Assembly (NCBI GenBank): GCA_020279385.1 | Contig: GCA_020279385.1_4762.1 | Origin: a phage | DNA length: 64,000 nucleotides | Direction: 5' to 3' (one strand) | Part shown: positions 18,088 to 27,302 of the stretch, one piece after another | Layout: every line of letters begins with the position of its first letter | Position numbering within the stretch: the first letter of the stretch is position 1 | Notes under the pieces: generated by a model | Databases searched by the model: none | Seen by the model: the letters and a program-made list of their open reading frames with translations, nothing else | Told to the model about the DNA's origin: nothing | Translations under genes and position numbers: made by a program

Positions 18088-18209
18088 TAGTCACGAGATT
18101 TTTTTGACGAATTAAGAGCTACAGCCAAAAAATCCTGTAACTGTTCGTTTGTCATTTTTGGCTTACACCGCGTATCTAAACCCTTCGTTCTTCTAGCTTC
18201 ATTAGCCAT
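18033..18209 (-). CDS. Hypothetical small protein (58 aa) with repeated C-terminal module
   Basis: rc reads MANEARRTKGLDTRCKPKMTNEQLQDFLAVALNSSKKSRDYQAECINKMPEHSTKRGF; not in ORF track. Confidence 0.45.
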   Translation of the reverse strand: MANEARRTKGLDTRCKPKMTNEQLQDFLAVALNSSKKSRDYQAECINKMPEHSTKRGF

Positions 18210-18266
18210 ATCAAAAACCTCGCTTAGTGAAATGCTCGATCATTTTATTGATACATGCAGCTTCAC
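18207..18266. repeat. Direct repeat copy B (~60 bp)
   Basis: catatcaaaaacc-tcgcttagtga-aatg...attttattgatacatgcagctt. Confidence 0.6.
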
Positions 18267-18378
18267 TATCGCCGGACACGTTCCAGCCGTATAGACCCCA
18301 TCTAAAGCACATGGTAACAGTTCCATTGTGACGGCTTACCGTCACATCATTAAATTCTGGGATACTTCGCATAATCAT
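18211..18378 (-). CDS. Hypothetical small protein (55 aa) with repeated C-terminal module
   Basis: rc reads MIMRSIPEFNDVTVSRHNGTVTMCFRWGLYGWNVSGDSEAACINKMIEHFTKRGF; SD GAGGAAA upstream. Confidence 0.45.
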   Translation of the reverse strand: MIMRSIPEFNDVTVSRHNGTVTMCFRWGLYGWNVSGDSEAACINKMIEHFTKRGF

Positions 18379-18388
18379 AATAATTTCC

Positions 18389-19780
18389 TCAAATATAGTC
18401 TACTCGATACCTCGCACGGGTAACACCCACATATAATAACTGCATTGCCAATTCAAAGTCAACATTGTCTGTACACATGCAAGGAGTATACAGGAACACT
18501 CGGTCTACGCTGATCCCTTGTGACTTATGAATGGTGCAAGCTGGTAATGCTTTTACATTCAAGAACATACGCTTCATCGTCCAGAATGAATCCCAATCTG
18601 GTTTAAATTTTGGATTCTCTTTCTTCATTTCGCGATATTGTCCGGCGACCGTATTCAGATAGATAGAGAAAATGTTCTTCTGACGTTGTTCTGTCAGAAT
18701 GTTGATTTCTACTAAATCTGGTTTATCTGTAGTGATTCCGACTGCATCTAAACCTACTTTCTGATTTAGGATTTCTTTGTCTTCGTCATCATCGACGCTT
18801 TCCACTTTCAGAGTATATCCTAAAACTGGTTGCGGATCTACCCCCGTGCAACGTAATGTAAATTCACGCGGGATGACCTCTTTAACTCGGATCATCTCAC
18901 CATTGTTAAAAATAACATTGGGAATCTTCTTCCCGCGTTCATCTCGCAGATATTCGATCAATGGTTCCTGAGTAACCAGAATTTCATCTACAATCACTGG
19001 TTCATCGGTGTTATAAACGCGCTTACGTACAATTTCATTGAGTTTTTCGACGCTCTTGTTAGTGTAGGCCAGAATACGGTTTTCTAGAAGGTCTTCCGGC
19101 GTTTTAACGGTTTCGAAATAATGCTTCATAAACTCCGGCAGAGTTGAGCTATGGAATACACCCTCGTTACCGCACTGCTTTTCGAATACCCATTTACCAT
19201 TACGGACAGCGGTCGCCACATCAATTATTGGCGCATTAGATCGTTTAATCTCTGTAAGTTCTACATTCTGGAATCTTTCATCGGTGAAGAAAGGAGAGAT
19301 CGACGTTGCACCGCTCGGATCAACTGGTCGTAACTGGTACAGATCACCCACGGCAATAATAACAATTCGACCGTTGATACTCTTCATGAGAATATCAAAT
19401 AGTTTCTTATCGACCATACTCGCTTCATCAACAATGATGATCTGAACATCATCTAGCTTAGGAGTATCTTTTTGCTCAAATACTTGAGTATCTTCATAGT
19501 TGGTCGGGTTTAGTCGCAGTAGTGCATGTAAAGTAAATGCTTGACGACCTACCGCTTTACTCAAAACTTTTTTAGCCTGGTGGGTAGGCGTTGCCAAAAC
19601 CACACCAGTTACACCACGGCGGACCATTTCCTGAACAATGAATTTCATCATTGCGGTTTTACCAGTACCCGCCGCACCACGGACAGTTGTATGCTTCTTT
19701 TGTTCAATGCGTTTCATTAGAACATCAAAAGCATGTTTTTGCCCGTCTGTTAACATATCGAAAGTTAATACTCTGCTCAT
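18389..19780 (-). CDS. dda: Dda-like SF1 DNA helicase
   Basis: Walker A GAAGTGKTAM, Walker B IIIVDEASM; T4 synteny. Confidence 0.85.
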   Translation of the reverse strand: MSRVLTFDMLTDGQKHAFDVLMKRIEQKKHTTVRGAAGTGKTAMMKFIVQEMVRRGVTGVVLATPTHQAKKVLSKAVGRQAFTLHALLRLNPTNYEDTQVFEQKDTPKLDDVQIIIVDEASMVDKKLFDILMKSINGRIVIIAVGDLYQLRPVDPSGATSISPFFTDERFQNVELTEIKRSNAPIIDVATAVRNGKWVFEKQCGNEGVFHSSTLPEFMKHYFETVKTPEDLLENRILAYTNKSVEKLNEIVRKRVYNTDEPVIVDEILVTQEPLIEYLRDERGKKIPNVIFNNGEMIRVKEVIPREFTLRCTGVDPQPVLGYTLKVESVDDDEDKEILNQKVGLDAVGITTDKPDLVEINILTEQRQKNIFSIYLNTVAGQYREMKKENPKFKPDWDSFWTMKRMFLNVKALPACTIHKSQGISVDRVFLYTPCMCTDNVDFELAMQLLYVGVTRARYRVDYI

Positions 19781-20094
19781 TATCCTAAAATCCTCACCTT
19801 GCGAACACAGATAGTATTGAGTTCTCGCCGTACCCGTTCTTTTTCATAATCAGGAATTTTATATTCGATACCATCCCGAACAATTTCAGAAGACCGGATT
19901 ATACCAAATTTTCGTTTAGGCACAACCTTGTATTTCGGTTCACCTGCCAATAGACTCTCACAATAATCTATCTGATCACACATTGACGCTAACGCAGCAT
20001 CATGTGTTTCGCAAGTTAGGACGCGACCCTTCGCGTCCACTGAGTATTGAAAGAATCCGTCTTTATCACGATAACATACAGCAAATACATGCAT
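19780..20094 (-). CDS. Hypothetical protein (104 aa)
   Basis: ORF on early strand, coupled to dda. Confidence 0.55.
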   Translation of the reverse strand: MHVFAVCYRDKDGFFQYSVDAKGRVLTCETHDAALASMCDQIDYCESLLAGEPKYKVVPKRKFGIIRSSEIVRDGIEYKIPDYEKERVRRELNTICVRKVRILG

Positions 20095-20849
20095 TATAAA
20101 CCTACCTTCGCTTTCATCAATTCAATCCACGACGCATCAATCGGAAGCCCGTATTTCACGCGTTCTTTTTGTGCTGGCGTTAAGTTCTCATACTTAGAAA
20201 GAGATTCAATCAAAACGCTGGTATATTTTAGCACGATTTCGGTATTGTTTGCAATAGCCTTAAGTTTTTCTTCTTTCTTGTTGATTTCGCTAAGGGCTTG
20301 CTTGAGATCTGCAATTTTCTGATAACGTTCTTCCATACGTAAGAGAGTATTTTTAATCGCTCGCTCGGCTGCCTCTGCTTTCTCCGGTTCGTTGTGCTTT
20401 TTGTGGCGCTCTATTGCTAATTTCTTTTCTTCGATTGCCATTTCCTGATTTTTGATGCGATTCTCGTTAAGTTCGATCCACTCGATGTACTTCGCACGTA
20501 GGGCAATTTCATCATCAGAAAGTTTACCGTTAGTTCCTAGTTCCTGGATCTCTTTAAGAGATTCGATAGTGTGATTGCCATGGAAAGAATTGTATTTCAG
20601 TTTAACCGGAATTACATTGCCATCAACATATCCCAGATTGCAATCAATGCGCTCTAAGGAGAGTCCATCATCACCTTCACCGAAAGCCTCACCGGAATAG
20701 GCGCAATGAGTCTGACGGTAAATGTTACGCACAGTGACTAAGCTCATAGAGAAGTCTTTGTTGCGACGTGAAGCGCCAGCCATGATAGAGTTCAGACGGA
20801 AAACAACCAGCGCCAATTCTTCGTTAGATTTAAAAGCAAACAGTTTCAT
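20094..20849 (-). CDS. Hypothetical coiled-coil protein (251 aa; T4 dda.1/srd position)
   Basis: SD AAGGAG upstream; identity not established. Confidence 0.55.
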   Translation of the reverse strand: MKLFAFKSNEELALVVFRLNSIMAGASRRNKDFSMSLVTVRNIYRQTHCAYSGEAFGEGDDGLSLERIDCNLGYVDGNVIPVKLKYNSFHGNHTIESLKEIQELGTNGKLSDDEIALRAKYIEWIELNENRIKNQEMAIEEKKLAIERHKKHNEPEKAEAAERAIKNTLLRMEERYQKIADLKQALSEINKKEEKLKAIANNTEIVLKYTSVLIESLSKYENLTPAQKERVKYGLPIDASWIELMKAKVGL

Positions 20850-20878
20850 AATTGATTCTCCTTAGTTGGTATGTGTGT

Positions 20879-20907
20879 ATTATTGTCTATCTGGTTTGTG
20901 CTGTCAA
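20879..20907 (-). promoter_or_regulatory. Early sigma70-type promoter
   Basis: rc TTGACA-17nt-AATAAT. Confidence 0.5.
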
Positions 20908-20910
20908 CAC

Positions 20911-21414
20911 TTAAATTAAAGAAAATTTGTAAATCTCTATCAGATCGCCGTTACACGCGTAAACTTCCTCGATCTCATCAAGGATCATGGTCGTCCCTGT
21001 CTTGTATATGCACTCGCGCTCATCTGCCAACATAGCATACAAAGACAGTCGAGTAGTCGGATTGTCATACTCTTTAGACACCACTCGGTCAATAGCATGT
21101 TCGTAATAATTCATGCAAGGCTTGGTAGGTTTTATTGCAATAATCTTTCCTGTTGCATAAACATCGGTTGCAAAGTCCTCTGCTGTTGATTGCAGTGGCG
21201 TAAAGCTCATAGGACGCTCTACAACGAAAGAATCGCCTACAATTAAGGTATCCAGCTTACGGCCTTCTCTTTTGCTCACACCGCGATACAAGGCTTCATG
21301 ATGCACTAACCGCTCAGTCTTTTCGATCAATCCATTAAGGATCGACATATCGATATTTTCTTTAGAGTTCATCACTTCATCAATGATGTTAAGTTCTTCT
21401 GGTGTAAATTGCAT
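20911..21414 (-). CDS. modA: ADP-ribosyltransferase, ModA/ModB-like
   Basis: ART signature: R (ALYRGVS), S-T-S-like (SFTPLQST), E-x-E (ADERECIY); start at internal ATG with SD GGAGG. Confidence 0.7.
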   Translation of the reverse strand: MQFTPEELNIIDEVMNSKENIDMSILNGLIEKTERLVHHEALYRGVSKREGRKLDTLIVGDSFVVERPMSFTPLQSTAEDFATDVYATGKIIAIKPTKPCMNYYEHAIDRVVSKEYDNPTTRLSLYAMLADERECIYKTGTTMILDEIEEVYACNGDLIEIYKFSLI

Positions 21415-21418
21415 AATA

Positions 21419-21448
21419 AAAAAAGCCTCCAATCTTTCGACGGGAGGC
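21419..21448 (-). promoter_or_regulatory. Hairpin plus U-tract in the modA leader that sequesters the SD (terminator/attenuator-like)
   Basis: - strand RNA GCCUCC-loop-GGAGGC then UUUUUUUAUU then AUG; the 3' arm is the SD. Confidence 0.45.
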
Positions 21449-21496
21449 ATAATAAAACCATTATAGAGTAGTGTCAATCACAAAGTGTATGTGATC

Positions 21497-21504
21497 TATA
21501 AATA
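21497..21504 (+). promoter_or_regulatory. T4-type late promoter TATAAATA upstream of HNH endonuclease gene
   Basis: Exact TATAAATA about 30 nt upstream of ATG at 21534, then SD AGGAG. Confidence 0.6.
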
Positions 21505-21533
21505 AGTTTGCTAGAACTAAAGGAGACCACAAA

Positions 21534-22463
21534 ATGAACTATAAACGTATTTATGATAACCTGATTGAACGTGCTAAGACTAGAACTATCGACGGATATA
21601 CAGAAAAGCATCACATCATACCACGTTGTATGAATGGAAGCGATGATGATAGCAATCTAGTTAGACTCACCCCAGAGGAACATTACATTGCTCACCTTCT
21701 GTTAGTTAAGATTTACCCAGATAACAGTAAATTGGTTTATGCTGCAAATATGATGTGCGTTTCTTCTGATTCACATAATGGAGAAAGACAGTCAAATAAA
21801 CGTCATGGTTGGTTGCGTAGAAAAATGGCAGAGGCACATAGTAAAAGAATCCGCGATAGAATGGAGAACGATCCTGAATATAGAGCTAAGGTTTCGGAAT
21901 GGGCTAGAAAAATGGGTAAAGCCATGAAAGGAGTTAAGCGAGGACCGGAATTTAGCAGAAAGTTGGCAGAAAGAAACAGAAATACCGTGATGAAAGAAGA
22001 AACTAAACGTAAAATCGGGGAAGCCAACAAAGGAAGGAAACGTACAGAAGAATATAAAAGAAAACATAGTGAGCGGTATAAGGGTGAAGGTAATCCGATG
22101 TATGGTAAACGAGGAAAGGAACATCCGGCATATGGTACTAAACCGTGGAACAACCAAACATCATTTGTTGAGCAGAAAGCATGGTGGCGGTTCGCTGGCA
22201 TGTTCTATGACTGGTATCAGATGGATATTGACCGTGGGAAACATAAACGCCACGGTCATAAAAGAATGCTTGATGAATTGGGTTTTGTTGGTTGGCGAGA
22301 AAAAGAGCCAGCCGCAGCAAGACGATCAATTGAAATGTTTGCTAAAGGCTGGAATCCTTATGAAGACCAAGAATGGTTAGATTATATTAATACCCGCTTT
22401 CCAAACGACGATAGTTTTCCGCGTTCTTCAACATATACAAAACAAACAAATCCTTTGCAGTAA
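21534..22463 (+). CDS. Free-standing HNH homing endonuclease with NUMOD-like repeats
   Basis: HNH motif (EKHHIIPRCMNGSDDDSNLVRLTPEEHYIAH); repeated basic NUMOD-like modules; opposite strand to neighbours; 3' end overlaps gp56 3' end. Confidence 0.85.
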   Translation: MNYKRIYDNLIERAKTRTIDGYTEKHHIIPRCMNGSDDDSNLVRLTPEEHYIAHLLLVKIYPDNSKLVYAANMMCVSSDSHNGERQSNKRHGWLRRKMAEAHSKRIRDRMENDPEYRAKVSEWARKMGKAMKGVKRGPEFSRKLAERNRNTVMKEETKRKIGEANKGRKRTEEYKRKHSERYKGEGNPMYGKRGKEHPAYGTKPWNNQTSFVEQKAWWRFAGMFYDWYQMDIDRGKHKRHGHKRMLDELGFVGWREKEPAAARRSIEMFAKGWNPYEDQEWLDYINTRFPNDDSFPRSSTYTKQTNPLQ

Positions 22464-22911
22464 GACCTAATGCTAGGAATTTACACATAATAAAATGGAG
22501 TTGGTCCACCGCCTCTAGGTATGTTTCGAGACGATCCGCCTCTGGCAAATCACTAAAGAGGCGGTTTCGTGCTTCCATGTGATTTGCTTTCCAGTGTTTC
22601 CATACCGCGCTCGCGTCCTTCCCGTTAGACATTCCACCTAATGCAGTATACAATTCTCGTGTTTCGTCGTCAAGAGCATTATCATTCGCTCGAATAAAAT
22701 CTAAAATTTCTCCACACGTTTTCAATTCGTCAATTTTTGCTACCCACGGACGGTCCTTAGACACCTGATCCTGTAACGCTTTTTGCATATTCATCATGTG
22801 TTGGAACGGGTTATCACCGTTGGCGATGATTTCTTTATATTTTTCTTCTGCAAAATTCAGAGTTTCCGCATTTACTAAGTGTGCACAAGAATTAAATTCT
22901 GACATATTCAC
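22387..22911 (-). CDS. 56: dCTP pyrophosphatase gp56-like
   Basis: 174 aa, size and position (next to primase 61) match T4 gp56; assignment by synteny. Confidence 0.6.
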   Translation of the reverse strand: MNMSEFNSCAHLVNAETLNFAEEKYKEIIANGDNPFQHMMNMQKALQDQVSKDRPWVAKIDELKTCGEILDFIRANDNALDDETRELYTALGGMSNGKDASAVWKHWKANHMEARNRLFSDLPEADRLETYLEAVDQLHFIMCKFLALGLTAKDLFVLYMLKNAENYRRLESGY

Positions 22912-22919
22912 CTCATTAA

Positions 22920-23948
22920 TTAAAATTTACAATATTTCATAAACCGCATTTTAGCCATCAGACCTTGTACGGTGTTCTCTTTGATATATTCCATGATCTG
23001 GTCGCGTGTAGCGCCCTCGTCCTGAATCATGGCGTTAACGTCTTTAGAATGCCACGGGCAACGGTCCCACAATACAATCTTTTCCCCTGCATTGATAAAC
23101 TTTTCCAGTCGGTGCATTGTATCGGCAGACCGTGGTTCCGCATCAAGTACAAACACTCGCTGATCAGGGAAAGGAATTTCATCTAATCCCAAAGTACCGC
23201 CAGTAATTGCACACCCGTTATCAATAAACAATGAATCGATCGGACCTTCTAAGAAATACACTGGTTTACTCGGATCGGCGCGTTCAAGACCATAGACCTT
23301 ACTCGCTAACTCATGAGTTTTAATCGTCATATATTTGGTCTTTCCGTAATCCTTTCTCAATGCTCGCCCCTGAATGGATTCTATCTTGTTCTCGCGGTTA
23401 AAGATAGGAATCACTAAACGCGGTTCAGGTTGTGGATTCTTGAAAGTATCAGCCTTAATGTGATTTGCTACCTTTTGCCATTCTCTCGTGAAATACAGAA
23501 GATCCCATTTATCGTGAGGGATGCAACGATCACTGACATACTTTATTATAGGATGATTAGCCGGAAGAGTATCTAATCTCTCGCAGAAAGGCAATGTTTG
23601 CACTTTCTTAATCTCCGGCTTTTCTACCTTTTTCAGTGGCTTGAACGTGGTGTTCTTGTGGTCGCCTTGTTCCTTCCGTCGTTCCATAAGCCATTCCCTG
23701 AATAGGTCCGGCTTATACTGTTTGAGAAATTCACCTAACGGCTGATTGTAGTTACAGTTGAAACAACCACAACGCAAACTATCCTTATAGGTATAGATAC
23801 GGAATCGCGCTTGAGTATGATTTTTCTTTGAGTCACCGCAGATCGGACAACTACAGACCAGCGTAAATGAGCTAGTATGCAACCGTTTAAAATTTCGTTC
23901 GCCGTATATGGCTTTTTCCGCTATTTCATAATCTGCGTAGTAAATCAT
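22920..23948 (-). CDS. 61: DNA primase gp61
   Basis: 342 aa; zinc ribbon (CSCPICGDS...CFNC); Toprim motif (EGPIDSLF). Confidence 0.9.
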   Translation of the reverse strand: MIYYADYEIAEKAIYGERNFKRLHTSSFTLVCSCPICGDSKKNHTQARFRIYTYKDSLRCGCFNCNYNQPLGEFLKQYKPDLFREWLMERRKEQGDHKNTTFKPLKKVEKPEIKKVQTLPFCERLDTLPANHPIIKYVSDRCIPHDKWDLLYFTREWQKVANHIKADTFKNPQPEPRLVIPIFNRENKIESIQGRALRKDYGKTKYMTIKTHELASKVYGLERADPSKPVYFLEGPIDSLFIDNGCAITGGTLGLDEIPFPDQRVFVLDAEPRSADTMHRLEKFINAGEKIVLWDRCPWHSKDVNAMIQDEGATRDQIMEYIKENTVQGLMAKMRFMKYCKF

Positions 23949-23957
23949 AATAACCTC

Positions 23958-24161
23958 TTATAGCTCAAATTTCATGAAAGTTCCTACACTTTCATTTTCA
24001 TTCTCTCCGTTTTCATCTAAGCCAAATTTGTAGACACTGCCATCTGGCGATGTGTAAGAGAATACACGAAAACGGCCTACCGAATCAAGTTCTGTAAATT
24101 CATATTCTTTTCCGGCTTCAAAAAGTGCATATGTGCTTTTAAGACATTTCATCGTAATCAT
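23958..24161 (-). CDS. Hypothetical protein (67 aa)
   Basis: ATGA coupling to upstream small ORF. Confidence 0.55.
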   Translation of the reverse strand: MITMKCLKSTYALFEAGKEYEFTELDSVGRFRVFSYTSPDGSVYKFGLDENGENENESVGTFMKFEL

Positions 24162-24316
24162 TTAAGCGCCACCGACAACAGAATGAGAACTACACCAACA
24201 TACATTGTGATCTCGGATAACTTTTCTGTTTTTGTTTTGTGTCCAGATAATCCGAAAACAACAACACCGACAATAGCGGACAGCAAGCCAACGATAAACA
24301 TGATGATACTAAGCAC
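24158..24316 (-). CDS. Possible small membrane protein (~50 aa)
   Basis: rc reads (V)LSIIMFIVGLLSAIVGVVVFGLSGHK...; GTG or ATG start; not in ORF track. Confidence 0.3.
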   Translation of the reverse strand: MLSIIMFIVGLLSAIVGVVVFGLSGHKTKTEKLSEITMYVGVVLILLSVALK

Positions 24317-24485
24317 CGTCTTTCTCCTTTTTGCGTTTTTCTTTACCCGCTACACTAGGTCCACGATTGGTAATAGATCCGCTCGTTTCACCTGCTGCGA
24401 TCTTCTCAGGATTGCCGCCACCATCGCCAGCGGTCATATCTTCTTTGAGTTTATTTTCTTCAACAAACTGTTTAAATCCAATCAT
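24309..24485 (-). CDS. Possible small protein (58 aa), Gly-rich
   Basis: rc reads MIGFKQFVEENKLKEDMTAGDGGGNPEKIAAGETSGSITNRGPSVAGKEKRKKEKDGA; ATGA overlap upstream. Confidence 0.35.
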   Translation of the reverse strand: MIGFKQFVEENKLKEDMTAGDGGGNPEKIAAGETSGSITNRGPSVAGKEKRKKEKDGA

Positions 24486-24859
24486 AGAATAATCTCTTTC
24501 AGTAAGTCAACAATCTGGTCTTTCGTCAGTTTATCCTGATTCTCTACAATCTTGATAACACAAGCATTAACATCTTTTCGAGTCACGCGGGAGATCGTTT
24601 TAATACGATGAAACGGTTCGTAGAAATATACTGCTTCATTATAGAGCGCAGCAATTTTTCGACGCATTTGATCTTTATCTGACAAGAAAACAAGTGCTGT
24701 TTTATGACCTTCTACACCCGCCACGTTATATAGTTCAGCAACACCCCAGCGACCTTCCGGTTCAATCATTCCGGCGTGTTTACCGTCGATAAAAATAAGA
24801 ATATCTCCGTTGAATGCGGTTTTGAATGCTACATCTTCCGGCGTAATCATATTTTTCAT
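24482..24859 (-). CDS. Hypothetical protein (125 aa)
   Basis: ORF on early strand. Confidence 0.6.
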   Translation of the reverse strand: MKNMITPEDVAFKTAFNGDILIFIDGKHAGMIEPEGRWGVAELYNVAGVEGHKTALVFLSDKDQMRRKIAALYNEAVYFYEPFHRIKTISRVTRKDVNACVIKIVENQDKLTKDQIVDLLKEIIL

Positions 24860-24889
24860 AATATAGTCTCCTTAGAGTTTCATTATAGA

Positions 24890-25525
24890 TCAAGCGAACG
24901 TAGAAAGCAAATGTTTTGTTTCTTTCAGTTGTCTTTCAAGATCTTTGCGTTTCTCTTTAAGTTGCATTTTAGCATTATTTCGCTGTTTTTCAACATCTTT
25001 ATCGATGTGCTTAGTCCAATTATCAATATCAGAATAAGTTGGCATACCCAATTCTAGACCTAATGCGGTTGGATACAGGGTAACAGTCCATAAACCGCTA
25101 ATCTTCTTAAATAGGTCTGGGTGTAGTGTACTATCTACATCTTCCGGTGTCAACTCTTTTTCTTCTTTCAGTGGTGGGATCTCGTCATATGGTTCCAGTG
25201 CATTTACTTTAATATCAGATACCTCATCAAAGAATCCGCGTACATCCGCAGGAAATACACAAGCAATTTCCCAACCGTGATCACGCAGAGAAGTAATATT
25301 TTTCACTCCCCCACCATGTGTGATGATTGATGTGACATTGCCATCAAGGTCCACCGAATTTACGAGAAATGGCTTATCGTCTGTCAGATCATTATAAAAC
25401 TGTGCTTCGGCTGTAGTCATCTCCAGAAACAGATCTCGGATCGGACGACCATCCGGTGCGTTACCTTCCTTGAGAGTATAAAAGCGACTTACGATCCATT
25501 TTGGCGGTAAAGCATTAGCGATCAT
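24890..25525 (-). CDS. Hypothetical protein (211 aa) in the T4 61.x position
   Basis: SD AGGAG upstream; between primase and helicase. Confidence 0.6.
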   Translation of the reverse strand: MIANALPPKWIVSRFYTLKEGNAPDGRPIRDLFLEMTTAEAQFYNDLTDDKPFLVNSVDLDGNVTSIITHGGGVKNITSLRDHGWEIACVFPADVRGFFDEVSDIKVNALEPYDEIPPLKEEKELTPEDVDSTLHPDLFKKISGLWTVTLYPTALGLELGMPTYSDIDNWTKHIDKDVEKQRNNAKMQLKEKRKDLERQLKETKHLLSTFA

Positions 25526-25575
25526 GTTATATCTCCTATCAAATCATTCACCAGCGCCCCGCAGGGCGCATTTTA

Positions 25576-26988
25576 TTAGAAAGTCATGTTATTTGCTAGC
25601 TCGTCGAGTTTTTCTCGTTTCTCGGCTTGCTGTGCGCTTTGTGGTTTAACTTGTGCATTCTCCTGATCTGCGATCTGGTTTGGTACTTCATACCAACGCT
25701 GATTGCCTTTCTTCACACCAACGTTAAACCGTGAATAGTAGTTCTTATCACCGTAACGAGACTTGATCTGCTTCATGAGTTGGACGCCCATTTTAGCCAA
25801 GTCTTCGGTTTCGATAACACCCAACATAAAGTCGGCAGTAGCCGGAAGACCTGCTGATTCAGCGGTATCACTCATGTTAAGGTCGGAAGCATCCCAACCC
25901 GCGCGGGTAGTCTGTGCCGCAGTCCAACCAACAACATCCCACTTAACAAAAAATCCTCGCAGTTCTTCCGCAATCGCCTTAACTAGTGTGTAACTATTTT
26001 CAGAGTATACACGCAAGCGAGACGATGCGCAAATCCCCAGATAGTCAACAATCACAACATCAGGTTTAAACTGTTTCTTGAGTCGCAATTCATTCATTAA
26101 CGCCTCAAAGTGATTGGAGTTTGCGCCACCAGTCGGATACTGCTTGATCATCAATTTTCCAACCGGACGATCTCCGATCTTCTTATTCTTAACACGCTTC
26201 ATGCGTGCGGAATATTCCGCAAAAGAAACATTACCATTATCCAATTCATCTAATGTAATGTCAAGCAAGTTTGCGTCGATACGTTTGGCTACGACATGCT
26301 CTGCCATCTCCATTGAGATATACAATACATCATAACCACATTCCATATAATCCGCAGCAAGAGAACACAAGCCAAGCGATTTACCAACATTTACACCAGC
26401 AAGCAACACATTTAGCGTTTTTCTTTCCGCCCCTCCTTTCGTGATTTTATTCAACATCGGCAGCTTAAACGGGATCTTATTCGCCTTAGTCTGATATAAC
26501 AAGAATCGTTTTTCGAAGTCATTAAACCAGTCATGACCCACATCAGAATCAAACGTAATTGATAGTGCTTCCTGCATAATTTCAGGAATAGCGCCCTCAC
26601 TAGGCAATTTCTTATTCTGTTTCTCTTTTGGTAGTTGTGCGTTCGCCTGAATCTCTAGCGCCCGTGACATTGCATTGTACATAGCACGGTCACGAATAAA
26701 TTTTTCGGTTTCCTTCATTAACCAATCAAGGTCTTCCGGTGTATTCTCCAGCGAATCGAGAAGAGTTTTAGCCCCTTCATATGTTGTCTGACTGCCTCTC
26801 TCCTTGTCTAAAGCAATCTGTAATGCAGTTGGCGTAGGAATATTGGAATATTCGTCTACGTGCTTTTTAATCAGCTTATAAATCAGTTTTTCTTCGTCTT
26901 CGGTGAAGTAGTCCGCTTTAAGGTGAGGCCATACATTCGTAAAGAATGCGCCATTGTAAATCAACTGTGAAAAGATAGTTTTAATCAT
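25576..26988 (-). CDS. 41: Replicative DNA helicase gp41 (DnaB-like)
   Basis: 470 aa; Walker A LLAGVNVGKSLG; position next to primase. Confidence 0.9.
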   Translation of the reverse strand: MIKTIFSQLIYNGAFFTNVWPHLKADYFTEDEEKLIYKLIKKHVDEYSNIPTPTALQIALDKERGSQTTYEGAKTLLDSLENTPEDLDWLMKETEKFIRDRAMYNAMSRALEIQANAQLPKEKQNKKLPSEGAIPEIMQEALSITFDSDVGHDWFNDFEKRFLLYQTKANKIPFKLPMLNKITKGGAERKTLNVLLAGVNVGKSLGLCSLAADYMECGYDVLYISMEMAEHVVAKRIDANLLDITLDELDNGNVSFAEYSARMKRVKNKKIGDRPVGKLMIKQYPTGGANSNHFEALMNELRLKKQFKPDVVIVDYLGICASSRLRVYSENSYTLVKAIAEELRGFFVKWDVVGWTAAQTTRAGWDASDLNMSDTAESAGLPATADFMLGVIETEDLAKMGVQLMKQIKSRYGDKNYYSRFNVGVKKGNQRWYEVPNQIADQENAQVKPQSAQQAEKREKLDELANNMTF

Positions 26989-27302
26989 ACATAGCCCCCA
27001 ACTACACGCATAACAAAGGTCTTGAGTTTATACCAGAAAGTTTCTTTTTTCAACTTTTCTTCTGCTTCTTTGATCTGCGCGGTTAACGCCTTAATGACGT
27101 GTGGATATACCACATCACGATCTGACGGCGTGGAGTAGTCGACCACAATACCTTTAGTGTCTGGATCGTATTCAACATTATGAATATAGACAATATGATG
27201 TTCTCCCTCTTCATCAACAATTATCAGTTCCTGGATAACTGTCTTCATTGCTTCTTGAATCAAGCTGTGTGCTTCTTCTAAACTTGTTGGTTTCTTATCC
27301 AT
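26985..27302 (-). CDS. Hypothetical protein (105 aa) at the gene 40 position
   Basis: Coupled to gp41; identity by position only. Confidence 0.5.
   Translation of the reverse strand: MDKKPTSLEEAHSLIQEAMKTVIQELIIVDEEGEHHIVYIHNVEYDPDTKGIVVDYSTPSDRDVVYPHVIKALTAQIKEAEEKLKKETFWYKLKTFVMRVVGGYV

Larger units (their letters stand above)
21497..22463 (+). mobile_element. Homing endonuclease cassette (late promoter + HNH ORF) between modA and gene 56
   Basis: Opposite-strand insertion with own promoter, typical of free-standing endonuclease genes in T4-like phages. Confidence 0.7.

Noticed and set aside
21460-21478. TTGACA and TATAAT hexamers upstream of modA that look like a sigma70 promoter
   Set aside because: They are only about 7 nt apart, incompatible with sigma70 spacing; only the -10-like element may be functional, so no promoter was called.
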